This document shows positions 19,675-30,563 of a DNA stretch of 64,000 nt, piece after piece; position 1 is the stretch's first letter, and each line of letters starts with the position of its first letter. The stretch is taken from IMG/VR virus record IMGVR_UViG_3300032086_001957, one strand, 5' to 3'. A program made the translations under genes and the position numbers. The stretch is from an uncultured virus (IMG/VR IMGVR_UViG_3300032086_001957) (lineage: Duplodnaviria; Heunggongvirae; Uroviricota; Caudoviricetes). Under the pieces are notes generated by a model. It made no database searches, had not been told where the DNA came from, and was given only the letters and a program-made list of their open reading frames with translations.

Positions 19675-20541
19675 TTATACTACAACCCATGATGAGCCTG
19701 TTGGTACGGTTACACTACCACCAGATTCTACTGTGATAGGCCCAGCACTCATTGCATTGTTACCAGATGTTATTGAATACGCTGAGTTAATTGAATTTGC
19801 GTGTTCATATAAAACATTTGTTGTTACATTGGTAATTGTCGTTTGTGATGTTTCTACAAAGGCTGCAATTATTATAATATCATTTAACTCTGCACCTGTT
19901 ATTAAAACAACACTATTTCCACTTGATGCAGTATAGTCTAAAACTGGAGTTAACAAAATACCATTTTGATAAACTAAAAGTTTTCCAGCAGTATATGATA
20001 GTGTATTACCATTATCATCACTACCAGTAAAACTTGTTTGATTGGCAGTTGCAGTATATTGAAATGGTGTAGTGTTTGCGGCTGAACCCCAAGTTGTTAC
20101 ACCATTACCATCTGTTTTTAAAACTTGTCCACTTGTTCCATTATTTGGTGGTAGTTGAAAAGTTACATTACCACTATAATCTGCATGAGGTGGTGGTTTA
20201 ATTGTAACTTTATGTGCATTACTAACTTCACAATACATATCAATAGCCGCAACACTACCAGTAGATGTTCGCATTTCAATAAGACCATCTGTTACACTAA
20301 TACCACTTGCACTTCCATCACCATCTAAATTTATTTTACCTGAACTATGTGGTAATATATCAATGTTTCCACCAGCAAGAGAAATAATATCGTTACCATT
20401 AATATCTAGATTACCACCAAGTTGAGGTGTTGTATCAGAATCTAAATCACCACCAGCAATATTACCAGCAGTATCTATCTCTCCTAGAACTAATGCATTA
20501 CTTATAGCTTTTACTATACTTTTATTTCTTGTTTCTGCCAT
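19675..20541 (-). CDS. Modular fibre/adaptor protein
   Basis: DTTPQLGGNLD motif, TATANQTSF Ig-like module, C-terminal NAMSAGPITV...WVVV. Confidence 0.7.
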   Translation of the reverse strand: MAETRNKSIVKAISNALVLGEIDTAGNIAGGDLDSDTTPQLGGNLDINGNDIISLAGGNIDILPHSSGKINLDGDGSASGISVTDGLIEMRTSTGSVAAIDMYCEVSNAHKVTIKPPPHADYSGNVTFQLPPNNGTSGQVLKTDGNGVTTWGSAANTTPFQYTATANQTSFTGSDDNGNTLSYTAGKLLVYQNGILLTPVLDYTASSGNSVVLITGAELNDIIIIAAFVETSQTTITNVTTNVLYEHANSINSAYSITSGNNAMSAGPITVESGGSVTVPTGSSWVVV

Positions 20542-20544
20542 TTA

Positions 20545-23500
20545 TTAATTCCTTCTTCCAGGCGGTTCTGTTGGAACACTAAACGCTGAAGTGTATCTTG
20601 CAACACCTGTTGTTATTCTAAATCCAAAGATTTCTCCTATAAGACCTCTAGTAAAACCATCATGCCAATGACTGAAGTGCATACCACCATTCCAGTCAGT
20701 TATAGTTCCAGTAAATGTAAATGTTTCTGCAAGGACACCGTTGACAAATTGATAACCAGTTGTTCCTGTTCTTACAACTGCATAATGTGTCCATTTATTT
20801 AAACCAACTTGAACACTACCATATGTATCGCCTGGGTCTGTTCCTACTTTTGTCCAACTTGGACTAACTGTATTTTTATAAGACACACCTGTATAACCTG
20901 ATGGGTTGATTGCAAGTGCAAGTGCATTTACTCCAGTAACATTACAAATAAATGTATCACCATATGTTCCACTATTAACTGCATCTCGTTTGAACCAGAA
21001 ATCAATAGTAAAATCTTGATCTCTTAAATTCATTGCTTCATGATTTGTAACAGTTATATAATCTGTATCACCTCTAAATTTTAAAGTTCCACTAACATCA
21101 TTAGGAAATGTCATGTTTGTATGATGGTCAACTTCTTTTGTTAAACTTACAGTACCATTAGCAGTTACATTAGCTGCATTTGAACTTGCATCTGCAACAG
21201 TAGATGCAGAACTTGTTATTAACATTTGAGTACCACTTATAGCAGTTAATGCTGAAGTTGGTGGTGTAAATGCAGATGTATAAACTGCTGTTCCTACAAC
21301 AACTCTAAAATCTGATAGATATCCATTTAAAGGATAACCGTTGATTGCTTGTCCAAGATATACTGTATTATCATTTAATGCTTGTGTATCAGCAACAGAA
21401 CCAACTTGAACACCATCTTGCCACAAATAAACTGTTCCACTACTTCTTGTAACTGCAAGATGATGCCATTTATGTTGAGTTAAAGTTGTTGATGAATTTA
21501 CTGCTACAGCATTTTGAGAACCTAATTGAAATTGCCATGATTGTGCAGTATTATTTAATCTAAAGAAATAATCTTCATCATCAGCAACATTAGCATAAGT
21601 TACTGCAAAGTGACCATATTGTGTAAATGCATTTATTTTTACCCATGCTTCTATAGTAAAATCTTGATTGGTAGCTATTGCACGATTAGCATTACTTGAT
21701 ACTGTATGATAATCACCACTACCATCATAAAAAGAAGCATATCTTAAATGTACATAATTTGCATCAGTAATTTCTGAATTACCATTGAAAGTAGTAAGAT
21801 ACTCTTTACTTGTTCTTTCAAATAAAGAATAATTTGCAAAACTTAACAATAAAGATGTATTTGAAATTGCAGTTAGTTTTGAAGTTGGTGGTGTAAATGC
21901 AGATGTGTATACAGCAGTTCCTTTTACAAATCTATAATCTGAAATATAACCGTGTGTTGGTTGACCTACTGGAGCACCGTTTTCTCCAATACCTAACGAA
22001 GTTGTTGTATTTGAAATTGTTGTTGGACAAGTTGCAGATGCAGTTGCATTTCCAGCTGCACCATTTACCCAAAAATATAATGTACCAGAATTATTAGTTA
22101 CTGCAATGTGTGTCCATTCATCTACTGGTATAGCATTGTGAATATTAATCCATGATGTTCCAGTCCACATTTCAAGTCTACCAGCAGGTTGACCACTTCT
22201 TCCAACTGAAAGGGCAAAACCATTATATGGATTACCATTAGTATAATTACCAGTTATAAAATTAGCAGTATTTGATTTTAAGTGACACCAGAATTCAATT
22301 GTAAAATCATCACTATTTGTAATTTGTATTGGTGCGGCTGTAGTAACTTGTATATAATCACCTGAATTATCAAAATATGCAGAACCACCTTTAGTGCTTG
22401 GTTGATATTCTGTAGTGTTCGCAGTAAAATCATCAGGATAATAATTTCTTACTTGAGGAATACTAGTAACTGTAAGTGAGTATGCGTTACTACTATTATC
22501 TTTTTTCTCATTTGATTGACAAGTTAATAGTAATGTATTTCCATCTGAAGTAAATGGTGATGTTGGAACTGTATATGTAGTACCACTATATCTTGCAATA
22601 TCACTACTTCTTAAATTTGAAATATGACCTTTGAATAAAGAATCAGCATCTGCTACACCATAACCTCTACCTATAAACATAGTTTCACCACCAGAAGCAG
22701 TACCCCATGCAACACCAGCATAACTAGTTATTGTTGTAGCATCTCTTGATCCATTAATATAAAAATATATGGTAGTTCCATCTCTCACTAATGCAATATG
22801 ATTCCATGTGTTTGGAGTTAATGTAGTTGTAGAATCTGAATATTGTGCAGAACCAGTATAGTAATAGTATCTTAATTTATGAGCATTTGTAACACCGAAG
22901 TTTAAGTATGTACCACCAATACAACCAAAAGAGGCCACAGTATATACTTGTGATGGTGTTGGTTGATTACCATCTAATTTAACAAATAATTCATAAGTAC
23001 CATAATCACTTGCACCATCTAACCATTCCATAGGTTGAGGTATAACACCTGAAGATACATATCTTAAATCATCATCAGCACCATCAAAATATACAGATTT
23101 ATAACCATCTGCATAATAATACGGACTAAATGATATTTGTCTAGTATTACCTGATACAGTTAAGTTTGATGTGTAACTGTTAGGGCCACTATCTACAAAT
23201 GTAGTATTGTCACCAGCAACACCACTACCATCATAAAGTGCAACAACACTTGCAAAGTTTGTATCAGTAAATGCAAATGCTAAAGTAAATGAACCAGTTG
23301 AGGTTGCTGTGTTAACACCATCACTTGCAGTAAATGTTAATGAAAATGTTCCTGCATAAGCTTCTGTAGTTGTTGGTGTTATTGTAAATACATTGTTTGA
23401 TTGAGTAACTGTTGCAGTCGCACCACCATTATTTGTTAAACTGCCTGATGTAACTGCAAAACTCCAAGTAATTGGAACTTCTTCAGGATCAGTTGCAACT

Positions 23501-24465
23501 AAAGTTAATACTGTTGCAGTACCGTCTGTGTTTAATGTAACTGTACCAGGCGAACCTGTTGTAATTGTTGGACTGTTATTTACAAGTGCAATGTTATACC
23601 AACCAGTTCCAGTAAATAGATATAATCTATTTGTTGCAGAAACAAATGCAGTTGTTCCAGCACTAACACCAGTTAAAGGTAAATCACTTGCGTTTGTATA
23701 TGATGCAGTTGATGGTGTTGAATTATCACTATTAGCTGCACTTTGAAAATCAGAACTAGAAACTGAACCACCAGTAGTATCTACTGGTTTTAATTTACCA
23801 TCTTGTGATAAAACAATTCCTTTTGGATTAGGAACACTTGCAGTTGCTTTAGGAATAAATGCAATCGCACCAGTTGTTGGGTCTGTTTGCATACGAGCAC
23901 CACCAAGAAAGAATGTACCACCTGCTAAATGTAATTCTGCCCATTGTTTTGATGAAGAACCTAAATCGTAAGTATTATCTACATCTGGTATAATGTCTTG
24001 TGCAACTGCACTTAAATCAACAGAACCACCTCCTCCACCAGAACCAGATGTCATTGAAATAATTTGAACTGTATCGTTTACCAATGCACCTGATTGTAAT
24101 TGAATAGATGAACCGTTTGTTGCAGTATAGTCATCTGTATCTGCAAGTAAAACACCATTTTGAAAAACTAAAATATTTCCAGCAGTATATGTTAATGTAT
24201 CACCGTTATCATCAGAACCAGAAAATGTAGATTGATTTGCAGTTGCAGTAAAAACAAACTGTGTACTATTTCCTGCAAGTGAACCACTAATACTAATATT
24301 ACCAGTTCCAGTAATATTAAAACCATTTAAGTCTAGATTACCACCAAGTTGAGGTGTTGTATCTAAAACAATATTAGGTACTAAATCACCATCTTCTTCT
24401 ATTTGATTGTCGAGAAACGAATTTCTCAACGACCTCATTAATTTTTTATTTCTAGACTCTGCCAT
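20545..24465 (-). CDS. Large fibre protein with about four LamG/concanavalin-A-like domains
   Basis: Repeated DFTIEFW...WxHxAVxR...ISDxR...YTSAFTPPT units. Confidence 0.82.
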   Translation of the reverse strand: MAESRNKKLMRSLRNSFLDNQIEEDGDLVPNIVLDTTPQLGGNLDLNGFNITGTGNISISGSLAGNSTQFVFTATANQSTFSGSDDNGDTLTYTAGNILVFQNGVLLADTDDYTATNGSSIQLQSGALVNDTVQIISMTSGSGGGGGSVDLSAVAQDIIPDVDNTYDLGSSSKQWAELHLAGGTFFLGGARMQTDPTTGAIAFIPKATASVPNPKGIVLSQDGKLKPVDTTGGSVSSSDFQSAANSDNSTPSTASYTNASDLPLTGVSAGTTAFVSATNRLYLFTGTGWYNIALVNNSPTITTGSPGTVTLNTDGTATVLTLVATDPEEVPITWSFAVTSGSLTNNGGATATVTQSNNVFTITPTTTEAYAGTFSLTFTASDGVNTATSTGSFTLAFAFTDTNFASVVALYDGSGVAGDNTTFVDSGPNSYTSNLTVSGNTRQISFSPYYYADGYKSVYFDGADDDLRYVSSGVIPQPMEWLDGASDYGTYELFVKLDGNQPTPSQVYTVASFGCIGGTYLNFGVTNAHKLRYYYYTGSAQYSDSTTTLTPNTWNHIALVRDGTTIYFYINGSRDATTITSYAGVAWGTASGGETMFIGRGYGVADADSLFKGHISNLRSSDIARYSGTTYTVPTSPFTSDGNTLLLTCQSNEKKDNSSNAYSLTVTSIPQVRNYYPDDFTANTTEYQPSTKGGSAYFDNSGDYIQVTTAAPIQITNSDDFTIEFWCHLKSNTANFITGNYTNGNPYNGFALSVGRSGQPAGRLEMWTGTSWINIHNAIPVDEWTHIAVTNNSGTLYFWVNGAAGNATASATCPTTISNTTTSLGIGENGAPVGQPTHGYISDYRFVKGTAVYTSAFTPPTSKLTAISNTSLLLSFANYSLFERTSKEYLTTFNGNSEITDANYVHLRYASFYDGSGDYHTVSSNANRAIATNQDFTIEAWVKINAFTQYGHFAVTYANVADDEDYFFRLNNTAQSWQFQLGSQNAVAVNSSTTLTQHKWHHLAVTRSSGTVYLWQDGVQVGSVADTQALNDNTVYLGQAINGYPLNGYLSDFRVVVGTAVYTSAFTPPTSALTAISGTQMLITSSASTVADASSNAANVTANGTVSLTKEVDHHTNMTFPNDVSGTLKFRGDTDYITVTNHEAMNLRDQDFTIDFWFKRDAVNSGTYGDTFICNVTGVNALALAINPSGYTGVSYKNTVSPSWTKVGTDPGDTYGSVQVGLNKWTHYAVVRTGTTGYQFVNGVLAETFTFTGTITDWNGGMHFSHWHDGFTRGLIGEIFGFRITTGVARYTSAFSVPTEPPGRRN

Positions 24466-24483
24466 TAATATTCCTAATAATTA

Positions 24484-27400
24484 TTATGCTTGTGATTCTG
24501 ACCATGTAATACGACCTGAAGCATTAAACGGATTTGTAGAACTAACTGTTGTAGTATCTAAAATACGAACTGCAACACTCAATACATCTGGGCCATTAGG
24601 GAATGTTCCATCACCACCAAGAATTGCATTACCCAAGTCAATTACTTGTTGTAGTGTAAAGTCTGATGCGTTTGAACTATTGACACCATTATTATCAGTT
24701 ACACCACCAGCTGCTCTAAATGAAAATACTTCTGCACCACCACTAATTATTTCACCTATTTCGTGTTTTATTAATTGTGAAAGTGAAGGTGAACCTACTT
24801 GTACATAATTTGTGTTACTTAAGTTACCATTTAAAATTAATACGACCTCACAGTCATGCGAGAGAATTACACCAACTTCGTTTAGTTTCAATTGCATACG
24901 ATTGATAATATCTCTCTGACCTAAATTTCCAGGCAAGTTACTATCAACTGATGGTGATAGTCTTAAAGATACTAAAGGTATTAAATCAATACCTAAATTT
25001 ACATCAGCTTCTGCGGCACTACCACCAATAGTAACAACGGTAGAAGTTGGAACACTAATATTTGGTGTTGAATAACCACTAGTTAAAAATATTTCAACAA
25101 CAAAACTTGAACCAGAGTAAAATGTAGATTCTACTTTAGAACCTTCATAAATTCCTAGTGCATTAGTTCCTGTTGTTAAAATTGCACCAACAGTAAATTT
25201 ACTTGCATCAGCAGTAGGAAACTTTAATTGTAAATAATAGTAACTGAAATTTCCAAAAACTTTTTGTCGTCTTATACTTGAAGTTGCATTAGTTGTTGAT
25301 GTATTTGACTGACCAGCAGTAAATGATAAATTATCTGAAGTTGCAGTAAATAGATATGCTTCATCTTCGTCAAACCTACCATCCATAATTATAGATGTAC
25401 CCCAATGGAATAATGTAGGTGCATATGTTGGATTTGCACTATTTATAATTTCATACTTACCAGGCAAGTTACCAGAACGCATATATGCTTCATCTAATCT
25501 GTTGTTATGTAAGAATTCATGACAATATCTTACATGACCTCTTATGTCTTTAAATCCAAAACGAATCTTACCAGCACCATACCATGAATAATCCATGTAT
25601 GCCATTTGTATTTTATCAATATCAAGATTGAATCCATATGGGCCTTGACCATCTGCTTTATCAAGATTCCATTCTGTTTGTGGAACTTTTAAATCTTCTG
25701 TTTTTGTAACAATTACATCTGTTCCAGATTCACCAATATATTCAGGTTGTATGTACAATAAAGTGTTAGAACTTATACTTGTTACTCTAAATGATAATCC
25801 ACGAATAACAATAAAATCTCCAGCAGTAAGTTGACCAGTAAAGTTTGTATTTGTTCCAACTATTCTATTTGAACCTTTTGTTGCAGAAACAATTCCAGAT
25901 AATTGTGTTGTTGTTGATCTACGAACTGCATATAAAGTGCTACCGTCATATTCAAAAAAGAATCCATTCTGTTGGTCAAACATACCAGAACGAACAGCTG
26001 CACCTGAATACCCATTAACATTGTATTTTATAATTCCTGATGGATTTGTTGTAGTAGGTGTACTTGGTAATGTATATGTAAATGTAAACTCATCAACTTT
26101 TGTAATATCAAAAGTACCATTGTAAACTGTATCTGAAGCATCTTTAACTTTAATACTTTGTCCAGTAGATAATCTATGAGGATATCTAGTTGTAGCAGTT
26201 GCAGTTGTAGAACTTGATGTTAATGTTTCAATAATTACTGGAGGATTAAAATTAAGTGCTAAAGATGTTTGAATACCCTTACCAGATTGATATCTAAAAT
26301 ATTTACGAGTTTGTCTAATAATTTGTGAATATGGTGCAGTACCAGCTGCAATTTCAACACCACCATCATATGGTCTATGAACTGCATAACCATCTGGTCT
26401 TGCATAAACTTTTGTTGTTGTAAATGCTTTTGCAGTTGCATCTGCTACTGTGGTAGCATCTTGTATTTCTAATTGTGTATCAGTTGCAATTGCAGTAATT
26501 GTTGTTGTATAGTATTCGCCTGGTGCTGAACCAATTAAAAATGTTATTGGGTCATTAACTTTAAAAAATCTTTTAAAAAGAGTATTTGTTCCAACAACAG
26601 TCTTTTCACCAACTACAAGATTACAAGTTCCAACTGTTTCAACTAATCCAGATATCTGTTGTGATTGTAATTGATGAGTTCCAGTACCTGTCGCTGTTAA
26701 ATCTATTACATTACCAGCTTGTGCATCAGATAAACTAGATGCAAGTTTAATATATTTGTCAGTAATAGGAACTGTGTAATAAGTATAACCATCAGTTAAT
26801 CCACTAATATCTGTATTTCCATTATTACTATAGACAACAGTAGAACCAGTCTGATAATGTGTTGAAGTTGTAAACACAATTGCGTCTAAAGCTGTATCAA
26901 TAGTTGTACTATCAAAATCATATGTAACTGGAGTAATTTGAGAACCACTTGGTAGTGTAAAGGAGTTTGTAGTTACAGCATCTGCTGTATATCCACCATC
27001 AGCAATACCACCAGTTGCTTCTGTTGTAAATGTAATTGGTGATGTTCCGTTATTTGTTATATCAACTGGAATACCATTTTTTGATAATGAAAATCTATTT
27101 GTTGATAAATTATTAACAGTAAATAAATCAGTTTCATTTAATGCAGGTGTTCTCCAATTTGCATCTAAAGCACCTACTATACCTTCCATAAATGGTATAA
27201 CTTGAGTGCTGGTTAAACTAGTTGCATCATCATACTGAACTATAAAACCACCCAAAAGATCACCTGCATAGGTTCTAGTACCAGAATTATAACCTTCAGC
27301 ATAATTAGCACCTGTTGAAAAGATATGAGAAGATGATACATCACTTTGTGTATCACTCAAATATCTAGGTCTAATTTTAAATGTAAGGAATAAAAGATTA

Positions 27401-30063
27401 TTATCACTTCTCTGTAATTCGGCATGACCAGCAGTCCAATACCAGTTATTATTTGAACCAGTATATGCGTTTTGTTGATCATTTGCCCAGTTAGACCTAG
27501 TTGGATCAGTTGACCAAGTTATTCTAGGGGAATATTGTCGAAAATTAGTATATGTTGAGGTGGTTGCATAATCTTCCCAATCTCCACCTATAACATAAAA
27601 ATAATATGGAACAGTTGTATTGTTTATTAAATCAGTTCCTACGGCAGTAATTAATTTTCCTGCATGAACATTATCATTAGCAAAAGGTTGATAACCACCA
27701 ACCTGTGACATTTTATCTGGTTCAAGTCTGGTGTTTGTATTTTGACCAGTAGAGGTATTACTAACTGTATCATAAAGGGTCATATTGTTAGTGAAAGCTG
27801 CACCATTTTGAGCTGCACTTAAAGTTTGTGCAGGCATGACTGTTCTTGTATCTGTCATTTGATCTAAAGTAGGAACATTATAAGAAACAGGTGTAACGCC
27901 ACCAACCATATTATTTGTTATATAATTGTTAATAATATCAAATGCAGCTACAGTAGAAACATCACCATCAACTGTAACTTCTGTATCTGCTGTTGTTGGT
28001 AATACTCCAGAACCTGGCGTGTCAAGTGTTATTCTTTGACCAGTAGTTAAATCATGGTTACTAATAAAGAAACTGTTTTTAAATGCATTATCTTTATTAC
28101 CTGAAAGAGTGTATGTTCCAGTAACATCATAAATTCTATAATCAGTAGTACCATTATTCAATCTAAATCTATCATTAGTTATTTTTGATATTTTTACACT
28201 AGCAGGTGATGTTAAAACTCCAGTTCTGGTAACAGTACCTGTTTGATATTTTACATCAGTTCCAGAGTTTGTTGTTAGTGTTGCACTTTGTCCTGTTTCT
28301 AATCCATGATTTTGAATAAAAAGAGTATCTGCTTCAGGGTCTTTTATCAGAGGCACCCAAAATTGTGAAGTGCCTTGAGTATATGTTGGATAACTACCAT
28401 AGTATACACCATGATAAACATAAATTTCACCGTTAGTACCATAAACATATCCAGAATTTGCATTTGTAGAATAAGTAACTGTTGAAATACCAAATCTACC
28501 AAAATCTTCAACAAAATTTCTAGCATCTGGTATTGTATTATTATCAGGTTGTACTATATTTGCATCCCAAGATGTACTAAAGTAATAACCATATCTACCA
28601 ATATAACCATAACCTAACTGATACAAATTAGTATTTGATGGACTCATAAATAAAGATTTATTATAATAGTTATAATCTCCAACATTTGCTTTACCATAAG
28701 TTGCATTACCAGATGCTACTACTCCTAAATCCCAACCAGAACCTGTTGTTCTACCATTAACAAAATATCGTGTTCTCGCATATGTCTGTCTGTAAGGGCC
28801 TCGAAGATAATATTGTCTTAATTCATAAACAAGTCCTAACATACCTCTACCATAAGTGTATGTTCCAGTAGAAGAAAGTGCAACAGATGTTCCACCATAA
28901 GTTGTAGAAAGTTGAATAGTATTTGCATCAACAACTATAACATAATAAATTCCCATACTATTTAAACCACCTATACCAGTATCACCAGAAGGTTTTACAT
29001 ATAATAAACAGTCATCATCTCTTAAATCATGTGCAGTCCAAGTAATAGAATTAGAAACTATATTAACATCACTTGCAACTATTTTTGTATGATATGCAGG
29101 AACATATTCTTTTGTTTCAGTTTGTGTTAAATCTAACGAACTTGAAAATGGAATTGTATTATCTGGTTCTACTACTTCAAAATTATCTGAAGCTGTAGAT
29201 GATGTAGATGTTCCTGAATCTATTGTAACAATTTTATTTGCAACAGTATTTGTTAAATAAAAATTAGAATTTACTTCAAATCCATGTGGGTTTTCTGTAG
29301 TAACTGTTATATCACTTGGAACAGCAGAATCTGTTGTTATTCCAGTTGAACCAGTATATGTAATTTGTGATGATTGAAAGAAACTTCCAGGCGCTATTGT
29401 TGTATACACACCAGAAATATCTCCAGTAACTGTTTGATTTCCAGATGCTTGATAGGTGATTGTAGTATCAGTTACAAATTTAATTAAGAATTTACCTTCT
29501 GCTGTTCTAGATGATAAACCTCTAACATCAATAGGAGTACCAACAGCAAGTCCATGAGATGCTGAAGTTGTAATAACAACTTCACTAGTTCCACTAGTTG
29601 TAGTTACTGATTGAATATCTGAAATGTAACCATCACCATCATCAGTATAAAAAGATGGTATGTTATTTGATAATTCTACTGTTTCCCATTTTGTTGGTTG
29701 AAGTCCATATTCAAAGTCAGTATCAATCAAGTTTTGTGGTGTTGAAACTCTTAATTTATGAACAGGGTCTAATAAAGAATCGGAAATATCTATAACTGTT
29801 TCTGGTACATCAATAAAGATTTGAAACTTATCAGAATCAGCTGCACCTGTGGCTGTGAAGTCTAAAGTTATAGAAGTTTTTTCAGTAGTTGCATCAAAAC
29901 TAACTGTTGCACCTTTTGATGTACTTGCAAAATTATAAACTATTTGATTTCTAGTTAAATTAGTAATAACAAGTAATTCTTCTAATTTTACAAATTGGTC
30001 TACAACTAAAACATTCGTAGATGCAGTATATGTGTAATATGATTGAACTAATTTTTTTGCCAT
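24484..30063 (-). CDS. Large virion structural protein (1859 aa)
   Basis: KLRVSTPQNLIDTDFEYGLQPTKWE, RQTRKYFRYQSGKG, YSWYGAGKIRFG motifs typical of T4-like marine phage virion proteins. Confidence 0.75.
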   Translation of the reverse strand: MAKKLVQSYYTYTASTNVLVVDQFVKLEELLVITNLTRNQIVYNFASTSKGATVSFDATTEKTSITLDFTATGAADSDKFQIFIDVPETVIDISDSLLDPVHKLRVSTPQNLIDTDFEYGLQPTKWETVELSNNIPSFYTDDGDGYISDIQSVTTTSGTSEVVITTSASHGLAVGTPIDVRGLSSRTAEGKFLIKFVTDTTITYQASGNQTVTGDISGVYTTIAPGSFFQSSQITYTGSTGITTDSAVPSDITVTTENPHGFEVNSNFYLTNTVANKIVTIDSGTSTSSTASDNFEVVEPDNTIPFSSSLDLTQTETKEYVPAYHTKIVASDVNIVSNSITWTAHDLRDDDCLLYVKPSGDTGIGGLNSMGIYYVIVVDANTIQLSTTYGGTSVALSSTGTYTYGRGMLGLVYELRQYYLRGPYRQTYARTRYFVNGRTTGSGWDLGVVASGNATYGKANVGDYNYYNKSLFMSPSNTNLYQLGYGYIGRYGYYFSTSWDANIVQPDNNTIPDARNFVEDFGRFGISTVTYSTNANSGYVYGTNGEIYVYHGVYYGSYPTYTQGTSQFWVPLIKDPEADTLFIQNHGLETGQSATLTTNSGTDVKYQTGTVTRTGVLTSPASVKISKITNDRFRLNNGTTDYRIYDVTGTYTLSGNKDNAFKNSFFISNHDLTTGQRITLDTPGSGVLPTTADTEVTVDGDVSTVAAFDIINNYITNNMVGGVTPVSYNVPTLDQMTDTRTVMPAQTLSAAQNGAAFTNNMTLYDTVSNTSTGQNTNTRLEPDKMSQVGGYQPFANDNVHAGKLITAVGTDLINNTTVPYYFYVIGGDWEDYATTSTYTNFRQYSPRITWSTDPTRSNWANDQQNAYTGSNNNWYWTAGHAELQRSDNNLLFLTFKIRPRYLSDTQSDVSSSHIFSTGANYAEGYNSGTRTYAGDLLGGFIVQYDDATSLTSTQVIPFMEGIVGALDANWRTPALNETDLFTVNNLSTNRFSLSKNGIPVDITNNGTSPITFTTEATGGIADGGYTADAVTTNSFTLPSGSQITPVTYDFDSTTIDTALDAIVFTTSTHYQTGSTVVYSNNGNTDISGLTDGYTYYTVPITDKYIKLASSLSDAQAGNVIDLTATGTGTHQLQSQQISGLVETVGTCNLVVGEKTVVGTNTLFKRFFKVNDPITFLIGSAPGEYYTTTITAIATDTQLEIQDATTVADATAKAFTTTKVYARPDGYAVHRPYDGGVEIAAGTAPYSQIIRQTRKYFRYQSGKGIQTSLALNFNPPVIIETLTSSSTTATATTRYPHRLSTGQSIKVKDASDTVYNGTFDITKVDEFTFTYTLPSTPTTTNPSGIIKYNVNGYSGAAVRSGMFDQQNGFFFEYDGSTLYAVRRSTTTQLSGIVSATKGSNRIVGTNTNFTGQLTAGDFIVIRGLSFRVTSISSNTLLYIQPEYIGESGTDVIVTKTEDLKVPQTEWNLDKADGQGPYGFNLDIDKIQMAYMDYSWYGAGKIRFGFKDIRGHVRYCHEFLHNNRLDEAYMRSGNLPGKYEIINSANPTYAPTLFHWGTSIIMDGRFDEDEAYLFTATSDNLSFTAGQSNTSTTNATSSIRRQKVFGNFSYYYLQLKFPTADASKFTVGAILTTGTNALGIYEGSKVESTFYSGSSFVVEIFLTSGYSTPNISVPTSTVVTIGGSAAEADVNLGIDLIPLVSLRLSPSVDSNLPGNLGQRDIINRMQLKLNEVGVILSHDCEVVLILNGNLSNTNYVQVGSPSLSQLIKHEIGEIISGGAEVFSFRAAGGVTDNNGVNSSNASDFTLQQVIDLGNAILGGDGTFPNGPDVLSVAVRILDTTTVSSTNPFNASGRITWSESQA

Positions 30064-30085
30064 GTTGTATAAACCTTAATAATAA

Positions 30086-30535
30086 TTATCCTAAAGCTGT
30101 TGAAAATGCAATAATAGTTTCTTGATTTGTTTCATTAAAATCTTCAATATCACCATTTGCTAAAGAGATAATTTGAATAATATCATTTGTTACTGCACCA
30201 GTTTGTAAAATTACATCTGTTCCGTTTGTTGCAGTATAGTCATCAGTAGGTTTCAATAAGATACCATTCTGAAAAACCATTATTTGTCCTGCAAGATAAT
30301 TTAGAGTATTTGAAGAATCATCATTACCAGTAAAAGTTGTTTGTGATGATGTTGCTGTGTAGATAAATTCAGATACACCAGAAGCTGCGTTTGCAATTTC
30401 TACAACGCCAGTAGAAGAGCGAACATACATTCTTTTATCAGTAGTATTTACTGCAACTTCACCAACAGTTAAATCACTCGTTGTTGGTACTGCACTTGCA
30501 GTTTCAGACCTTTTTAATTTTATTACTGTTGCCAT
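30086..30535 (-). CDS. Short fibre/adaptor protein
   Basis: MATVIKLKRS...GEVAVN N-domain plus TATSSQTTF module; ends IAFSTALG. Confidence 0.68.
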   Translation of the reverse strand: MATVIKLKRSETASAVPTTSDLTVGEVAVNTTDKRMYVRSSTGVVEIANAASGVSEFIYTATSSQTTFTGNDDSSNTLNYLAGQIMVFQNGILLKPTDDYTATNGTDVILQTGAVTNDIIQIISLANGDIEDFNETNQETIIAFSTALG

Positions 30536-30563
30536 GATAATTATTTATCCATGTTAAATTTAA

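Noticed and set aside
21220..21950. Near-identical ~27-nt repeat as a recombination site
   Set aside because: Explained by tandem LamG domain ends (AVYTSAFTPPTS)
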